Shown: in pieces, positions 58,945 through 64,000 of the stretch | Layout: each line of letters starts with the position of its first letter | How positions within the stretch are numbered: position 1 is the first letter of the stretch | NCBI GenBank assembly: GCA_963762145.1 | Contig: CAVXJS010000011.1 | Span: 128,001-192,000, forward strand | Origin: an uncultured Candidatus Rokubacteria bacterium | GTDB lineage: Bacteria > Methylomirabilota > Methylomirabilia > Rokubacteriales > CSP1-6 | Direction of reading: 5' to 3' | DNA: 64,000 nt | Program-made: the position numbers and the translations under genes | The notes under the pieces: model-generated | What the model was told of the DNA's origin: nothing | The model's database searches: none | The model's input: only the letters and a program-made list of their open reading frames with translations

Positions 58945-60427
58945 CGAGGCGAAGGGCGCCAAGTCCCAGTCGGCCGAAGCGGCCAGTCAGGAAGCGAGCC
59001 TGCTCGACCAGGTCATCGGCCAGACCCGCTCGCGCAACGACGAGCAGCGCGAGGAATCCCGGCGGCAGATCTCGACGCTGGTCGAAGAGGTGATGCAGGG
59101 CACTGAAGATCTCGAAGGATCTCGAGACCACGATCAATGCCCGCATCGCGGAGATCGATCAGCTCCTGACCAAGCAGCTCAACGAGATCCTGCACCAGCC
59201 GGAGTTCCAGAAGCTGGAGGCCTCGTGGCGCGGGCTGCACTACTGGTGCACGAGAGCGAGACCGAGCACGATGCTCAAGATCCGCGTGCTCAACGTCTCG
59301 AAGGAGGACCTGCTCCGCGACCTCGAGCGCGCGGTCGAGTTCGACCAGAGCGCGCTCTTCAAGAAGGTCTACGAGGAGGAGTACGGCACCTTCGGCGGCG
59401 CCCCCTTCGCGGCGCTGATCGGCGACTACGAGTTCTCGCGCGACGAGCCCGGACATCGGCGCTGCTCGAGAAGATCTCGAACGTGGCGGCGGCGCGCCCA
59501 CGCGCCGTTCATCGCCGCGGCCGCGCCCGAGCTGTTCAACCTGGACAGCTTCACCGAGCTCGACCGCGCCGCGCGACCTGGCCAAGATCTTCGAGAGCGT
59601 CGAGTACGCCAAGTGGAAGTCGTTCCGGGAGTCCGAGGACTCCCGCTACGTGGGCCTGTGCCTGCCCCACATCCTGATGCGCCTGCCCTACGGCCCCGAC
59701 ACGATCCCGGTCGAGGCGTTCAACTTCGAGGAGGACGTCGACGGCCGCGACCACAGCAAGTACCTGTGGGGCAACGCGGCCTACGCGCTGGCCACCCGGC
59801 TCACCAGCTGCCTTCGCCAAGTACGGCTGGTGCGCGGCCATCCGCGGCGTGGAGGGCGGCGGCCTGGTCGAGGGCCTGCCGACCCACACCTTCCAGACCG
59901 ACGAGGGCGACGTCGCGCTGAAGTGCCCGACCGAGATCGCGATCACCGACCGGCGCGAGAAGGAGCTGGCGGACCTCGGGCTTCATCCCGCTGGTGCACT
60001 GCAAGGGCACCGACTACGCGGCGTTCTTCGGCGCCCAGTCGGCGCAGAAGCCGAAGAAGTACGACACCGACGCGGCCAACGCCAACGCGCGGCTCTCGAC
60101 GCAGCTGCCGTACATCCTGGCGATGTCGCGCTTCGCCCACTACCTGAAGGCGATCATGCGCGACAAGATCGGCAGCTTCATGTCCCGCGCCGACGTGCGA
60201 GTACTTCCTGAACCGCTGGATCACGAACTACGTGACCCTCGACGACGACGCCAGCCCGCCTCAAGGCCCAGAAGCCGCTGCGCGAGGCGCGGATCGAGGT
60301 GTCCGAGGTCGCCGGCAAGCCGGGGGTGTACCAGGCGGTGGCGTTCCTGCGGCCGCACTTCCAGCTCGACGAGCTGTCGGTGTCGCTGCGGCTGGTGGCC
60401 GAGCTGCCGCAGTCGACGCGCAAGTAG
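58937..60427 (+). CDS. tssC: T6SS sheath large subunit, multiple frameshifts (assembly error or pseudogene)
   Basis: Fragments across three frames: FQKLEASWRGL, EFDQSALFKKVYEEEYGTFGG, YLWGNAA, KCPTEIAITDRRE, SRFAHYLK, LRPHFQLDEL. Confidence 0.9.
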
Positions 60428-60464
60428 TGTTCACAACTCACGTACGGGAGGCGGAGGCGAGAAA

Positions 60465-60950
60465 ATGGCCGCGGTAGACTACTTTCTGAAGCTCAAGGGA
60501 ATCGATGGTGAGTCGGAGGACTCGAAGCACAAGGCCGAGATCGACGTCGAGTCCTGGTCGTGGGGCGAGTCCAACTCGGGCACCCACTCCGGCGGCGGCG
60601 GGGGCGGCGCCGGCAAGGTGGCGATGCAGGACTTTCACTTCACGATGAAGGTCAACAAGGCGTCACCGAAGCTGTTGCTGGCCTGCGCCAACGGGGAGCA
60701 CATTGCGGACGCGAAGCTCACCTGTCGCAAGGCCGGCAAGGAGCAGCAGGAGTACCTGATCTTCAAGTTCACCGACCTGCTGGTCTCCTCGTACCAGACC
60801 GGTGGTTCTCACGGCGATCTGGTGCCGACTGACCAGATCTCCTTGAATTTCGCGAAGGTCGAGGTGGAGTACAAGCCGCAGAACACCGACGGTTCGCTGG
60901 GCGGCTCGATCAGCGCCGGCTACGACCTGAAGAAGAACAAACAGGTCTGA
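60465..60950 (+). CDS. hcp: T6SS tube protein Hcp
   Basis: YFLKLKGIDGESED..HK.EIDV.SWSWG, KASPKL..AC..G.HI, GYDLK.NK. Confidence 0.97.
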   Translation: MAAVDYFLKLKGIDGESEDSKHKAEIDVESWSWGESNSGTHSGGGGGGAGKVAMQDFHFTMKVNKASPKLLLACANGEHIADAKLTCRKAGKEQQEYLIFKFTDLLVSSYQTGGSHGDLVPTDQISLNFAKVEVEYKPQNTDGSLGGSISAGYDLKKNKQV

Positions 60951-60967
60951 TCCCTCCGGAAGAGGAT

Positions 60968-61001
60968 CGGAACCGGCGCGTCGGGAGACGCGCCGGTTCC
61001 G
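60968..61001 (+). terminator. Perfect 15-bp hairpin after hcp (terminator or mRNA stabiliser)
   Basis: cggaaccggcgcgtc-GGGA-gacgcgccggttccg; no U-tract. Confidence 0.6.
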
Positions 61002-61016
61002 GCCATTCAGGGCCCA

Positions 61017-61763
61017 ATGTCGCCGCGACGCCAGGACGAACCGAACATCGTGCCGTCCGTGCTGGATCGGTTGCTGGGCGACGAGCGGAGATCGGCTCGC
61101 CCGCAGCTGTCCGCCGACTCGGAGCTGGACGCGCTATGGGTTCGCCTGCTCGACGCGGCCGCCACCCGGCTCCGGCCGGAAGTGATCGACGCGTGGGTGC
61201 GGCCGTGTCGTCTCCTCGCGGTGGAGGGTGATCGGTGGCGCGTCGTGGTCCCCGACCGTCTGCTTCGCGACCGTCTCGTCCAGAGCTACCAGGAGGCCCT
61301 CCAGGACTCCGCGGCTGACGTCGCGGGGGGCAAGGTCCGTCTCGCCTTCAGCGTCGACACCGCCCTCGGCAGCTACGGGATCCGGGAGCTCAAGCGGGCG
61401 GTGGCCCGGGACCTGGAGGCCTTGCTCAACACCCGGCAGGAGGCGCTCGACGAGCTGCCGGAATCGCTCGAGGAGGTCCGGCGCTCACTCGTCACCTACG
61501 GCCTGCCGGACTTCACCGCGGCGAGCCTGCAGAGCTCGCGTGACCGGGCGCGCATCCGCCGCGCTCTCGAGGACACCATCGCCGCCTTCGAGCCCCGCCT
61601 GGACCGGGTCCGCATCGAGCTCGAGGACTCCGAGGGCAACGAGCGGGCGATGCGCTTCCGCGTCGAGGGCTGGTTGCGCCTCGAGCCCACGCCGGAACCG
61701 GTCGCCTTCGACACGGTGCTGCAGCTCACCACCCGCGAATATACCGTGCAGGGCCGGGACTGA
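61017..61763 (+). CDS. tssE: T6SS baseplate subunit TssE with inserted DnaA-N-like domain
   Basis: PSVLDRL, then about 80 aa insert, then VARDLEALLNTR, YGLPD, FEPRL. Confidence 0.9.
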   Translation: MSPRRQDEPNIVPSVLDRLLGDERRSARPQLSADSELDALWVRLLDAAATRLRPEVIDAWVRPCRLLAVEGDRWRVVVPDRLLRDRLVQSYQEALQDSAADVAGGKVRLAFSVDTALGSYGIRELKRAVARDLEALLNTRQEALDELPESLEEVRRSLVTYGLPDFTAASLQSSRDRARIRRALEDTIAAFEPRLDRVRIELEDSEGNERAMRFRVEGWLRLEPTPEPVAFDTVLQLTTREYTVQGRD

Positions 61764-63574
61764 TGGCCGACGAGATCCTCACGTACTACGAGCGGGAGCT
61801 GTCCTTCCTTCGGCAGACCGGGGCCGAGTTCGCGGCGAGCTATCCCAAGATCGCCAGCCGCCTGCTCCTGGAGGCGGACAAGTGCGAGGACCCCCACGTC
61901 GAGCGCCTGATCCAGGCGTTCGCGTTCCTGGCCGCCCGCATCCGCTACAAGCTCGACGACGATTTCCCCGAGATCACCGACTCGCTCCTCAGCGTGCTGT
62001 ACCCGCACTATCTCGCTCCGGTGCCGTCGATGGCGATCGTGCAGTTCGTCCTGGACGCCGAGCGCGGAAAGCTCACCGAGCCGTTCCGCATCGCCCGGGG
62101 CGCGAAGCTCTTCTCGCCGCCGGTGAGCGGCGCGCCGTGCCGGTTCCGCACCGCCTACCCGGTGACGCTGTGGCCCTTGACCGTCACCTCGGCACGCCTG
62201 GGCGCGGCCGACGGCCTCGGCGCCTCCAAGCGGGCGGTCTCGGTCATCCGTCTCGGCCTGCGTGCCCAGGGGGGCACCTCGATCGCCGGGCTGCGTCCAG
62301 AAGCGCTGCGCTTCTTCCTGCACGGGGAAGGGCACCAGACCTGGCCGCTGTACGAGCTGCTCTGCAACAACGTCCGCGAGGTGCATCTCCGTCCCGGCGC
62401 CGGGCGCCCCGCCCCGCCGATCCGCCTCGGGCCCGAGTGCATCCGGCCGGTGGGCTTTGCCGCCGACGAGGGGCTGCTGCCGTACGGCCCCCGGTCCTTT
62501 CTCGGATACCGGCTCCTGCACGAATACTTCGCGTTTCCCGAGAAGTTCCTCTTCGTCGACGTGACCGGTCTGGACGCCGCCGCGAAGGCGGGCTTCGGGG
62601 AGGAGCTCGAGATCCTGATCTTCCTCGACCACATGCCGCAGCTGGGCGACGTCGTCGCGCCGAGCACGTTCCGCCTCGGCTGTGTGCCGGTGGTCAACAC
62701 CTTCGAGCAGATCGCCGAGCCCATCCGGGTGAGCCAGACCGACTCGGAATACCGGGTGGTGGTCGACGGGCGACGGCAGGATGCCACCGAGGTGTACTCG
62801 GTGGATTCGGTGGTGAGCGTCTCCCCCGACGACCCGCAGCCACTCGTCTACCGTCCGTTCTACTCGTTCAAGCACGAGATGGACCAGGACCAGCAGCGGA
62901 CCTTCTGGTACGCCACCCGCCGCGCATCCGATCGCAAGGGCGACGCGGGCACCGAGGTGTACCTGTCGCTGGTGGACCTGGACTTCAAGCCATCGAGACC
63001 GCCCGCCGATACGCTCACCGTGCACGTGACCTGCACGAATCGCGATCTGCCCGCCCGGCTGCCGTTCGGGGGCGAGCGCGGCGTGCTCGAGCTGGAGGGG
63101 GCCGCGCCCCTGTCGCGGATCCTCTGCCTGACGAAGCCGACCACGGTGGCCCGCCCGCGCATGGGCCGGGGCGCCCAGTGGCGCCTGATCTCTCACCTCT
63201 CCCTGAACTACCTGTCGATCTGCGACGGCGGCCGCGAGGCCCTGCAGGAGATCCTGCGACTGTACGACTTCTCGGGCTCCCCGGTCGTGCGGCAGCAGAT
63301 CGCGGGCATCCTCGACGTCAGGAGCCGCCGGGTGGTGGGCCGTCCGGGCTCGATGCCCTGGAACGGCTTCTGCCGCGGCCTCGAGGTGACCGTCGATCTC
63401 GACGAGGAGCAGTACGTCGGCACCGGCGTCTACCTGTTCGCGTCGGTGCTCGAGCGGTTCTTCGGCCTGTACTCGTCCCTCAACTCGTTCACCCAGCTCG
63501 TCGCGCGGACCCGTCAGCGCAAAGAGCCCCTCAAGCGATGGCCTCCGAGAGCCGGCGAACAGATCCTTCTGTAG
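61763..63574 (+). CDS. tssF: T6SS baseplate subunit TssF
   Basis: YYERELSFLR..G.EFA..YPKIA.RL, DPHVERLI, GYRLLHEYF.FPEKF, WRLISHLSLNYLS. Confidence 0.97.
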   Translation: MADEILTYYERELSFLRQTGAEFAASYPKIASRLLLEADKCEDPHVERLIQAFAFLAARIRYKLDDDFPEITDSLLSVLYPHYLAPVPSMAIVQFVLDAERGKLTEPFRIARGAKLFSPPVSGAPCRFRTAYPVTLWPLTVTSARLGAADGLGASKRAVSVIRLGLRAQGGTSIAGLRPEALRFFLHGEGHQTWPLYELLCNNVREVHLRPGAGRPAPPIRLGPECIRPVGFAADEGLLPYGPRSFLGYRLLHEYFAFPEKFLFVDVTGLDAAAKAGFGEELEILIFLDHMPQLGDVVAPSTFRLGCVPVVNTFEQIAEPIRVSQTDSEYRVVVDGRRQDATEVYSVDSVVSVSPDDPQPLVYRPFYSFKHEMDQDQQRTFWYATRRASDRKGDAGTEVYLSLVDLDFKPSRPPADTLTVHVTCTNRDLPARLPFGGERGVLELEGAAPLSRILCLTKPTTVARPRMGRGAQWRLISHLSLNYLSICDGGREALQEILRLYDFSGSPVVRQQIAGILDVRSRRVVGRPGSMPWNGFCRGLEVTVDLDEEQYVGTGVYLFASVLERFFGLYSSLNSFTQLVARTRQRKEPLKRWPPRAGEQILL

Positions 63575-64000
63575 AAGAGCTCCTCTTCGACGAGGGGTTC
63601 CGGTTCGAGTTCTTCCAGGCGGTGCGCCTGCTGGAGCGGGTGTTCCCGGAGCGCGGGCCGGTCGGGCGCGACGTGCGCCCGGGCGAGGAGATCGTCCGGT
63701 TCCGGGCGCACAACTCGCTGACCTTCCCGCCCAGCTCGATTCACGATCTGTCCCGCACGGACGGCGAGGGGCCCGCCTCGATGGTCGTCGCCTTCATGGG
63801 GCTGACGGGTCCCTCGGGCGTGCTACCCCGGCACTACACCGAGATGGTGCTCGAGGAGGAGCGGCGCCGCGAGCACGGCCTCGCCGGCTTCTTCGACGTC
63901 TTCAATCACCGGATGATCTCTCTCTTCTACCGCGCGTGGCAGAAGTATCGCGTTCCGATCGCTCACGAGCAGGCGCGCCGGCCGGGGGCGGCGCCGGACC
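63538..64000 (+). CDS. tssG: T6SS baseplate subunit TssG (partial, runs off window)
   Basis: MASESRR..FEFFQAVRLLE, FMGLTGPSGVLPRHYTE, FFDVFNHR..SLFYRAW.KY. Confidence 0.93.
   Translation, partial: MASESRRTDPSVEELLFDEGFRFEFFQAVRLLERVFPERGPVGRDVRPGEEIVRFRAHNSLTFPPSSIHDLSRTDGEGPASMVVAFMGLTGPSGVLPRHYTEMVLEEERRREHGLAGFFDVFNHRMISLFYRAWQKYRVPIAHEQARRPGAAPD

Noticed and set aside
49048-64000. T6SS region as a prophage or integrated mobile element
   Set aside because: No integrase, tRNA, att repeat or capsid genes seen; the tail-like genes are T6SS orthologues

Overview
High-GC, gene-dense bacterial chromosome segment from a diderm (TonB/BtuB, T6SS). Gene content and repeats resemble Candidatus Rokubacteria/Methylomirabilota; this is an inference. 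Left to right: an RRM RNA-binding protein; a DUF169-UroD/MtaA-family fusion divergent from a 'Virulence factor'-domain gene; an acetate locus (CbrX-like peptide, SLC5-STAC-PAS histidine kinase, sigma54 regulator, acs, tandem palindromic enhancer-like sites plus sigma54 promoter, DUF4212-actP); DksA/TraR; lipid, aroQ and a membrane-tethered ECF sigma gene; a cobamide salvage region with two cobalamin riboswitches, interrupted by a sigma54-preceded minor pilin cluster; a housekeeping run (argS, SPOR, hpt, ftsH, folP, cdaA-cdaR-glmM, acpS, nnr, tsaE); and the start of an atypical type VI secretion locus. The T6SS is the best candidate for an undescribed system. It has an FHA-TssM fusion and a TssE with an inserted DnaA-N-terminal-like domain. 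A perfect 28-bp palindrome with -35/-10 boxes on both strands separates it from a divergent DUF4384 plus SEL1-caspase lipoprotein pair. Several frameshifts (antiporter, ftsH, tssB, many in tssC) are probably assembly errors. All calls come from motif recognition by eye; no searches were run.
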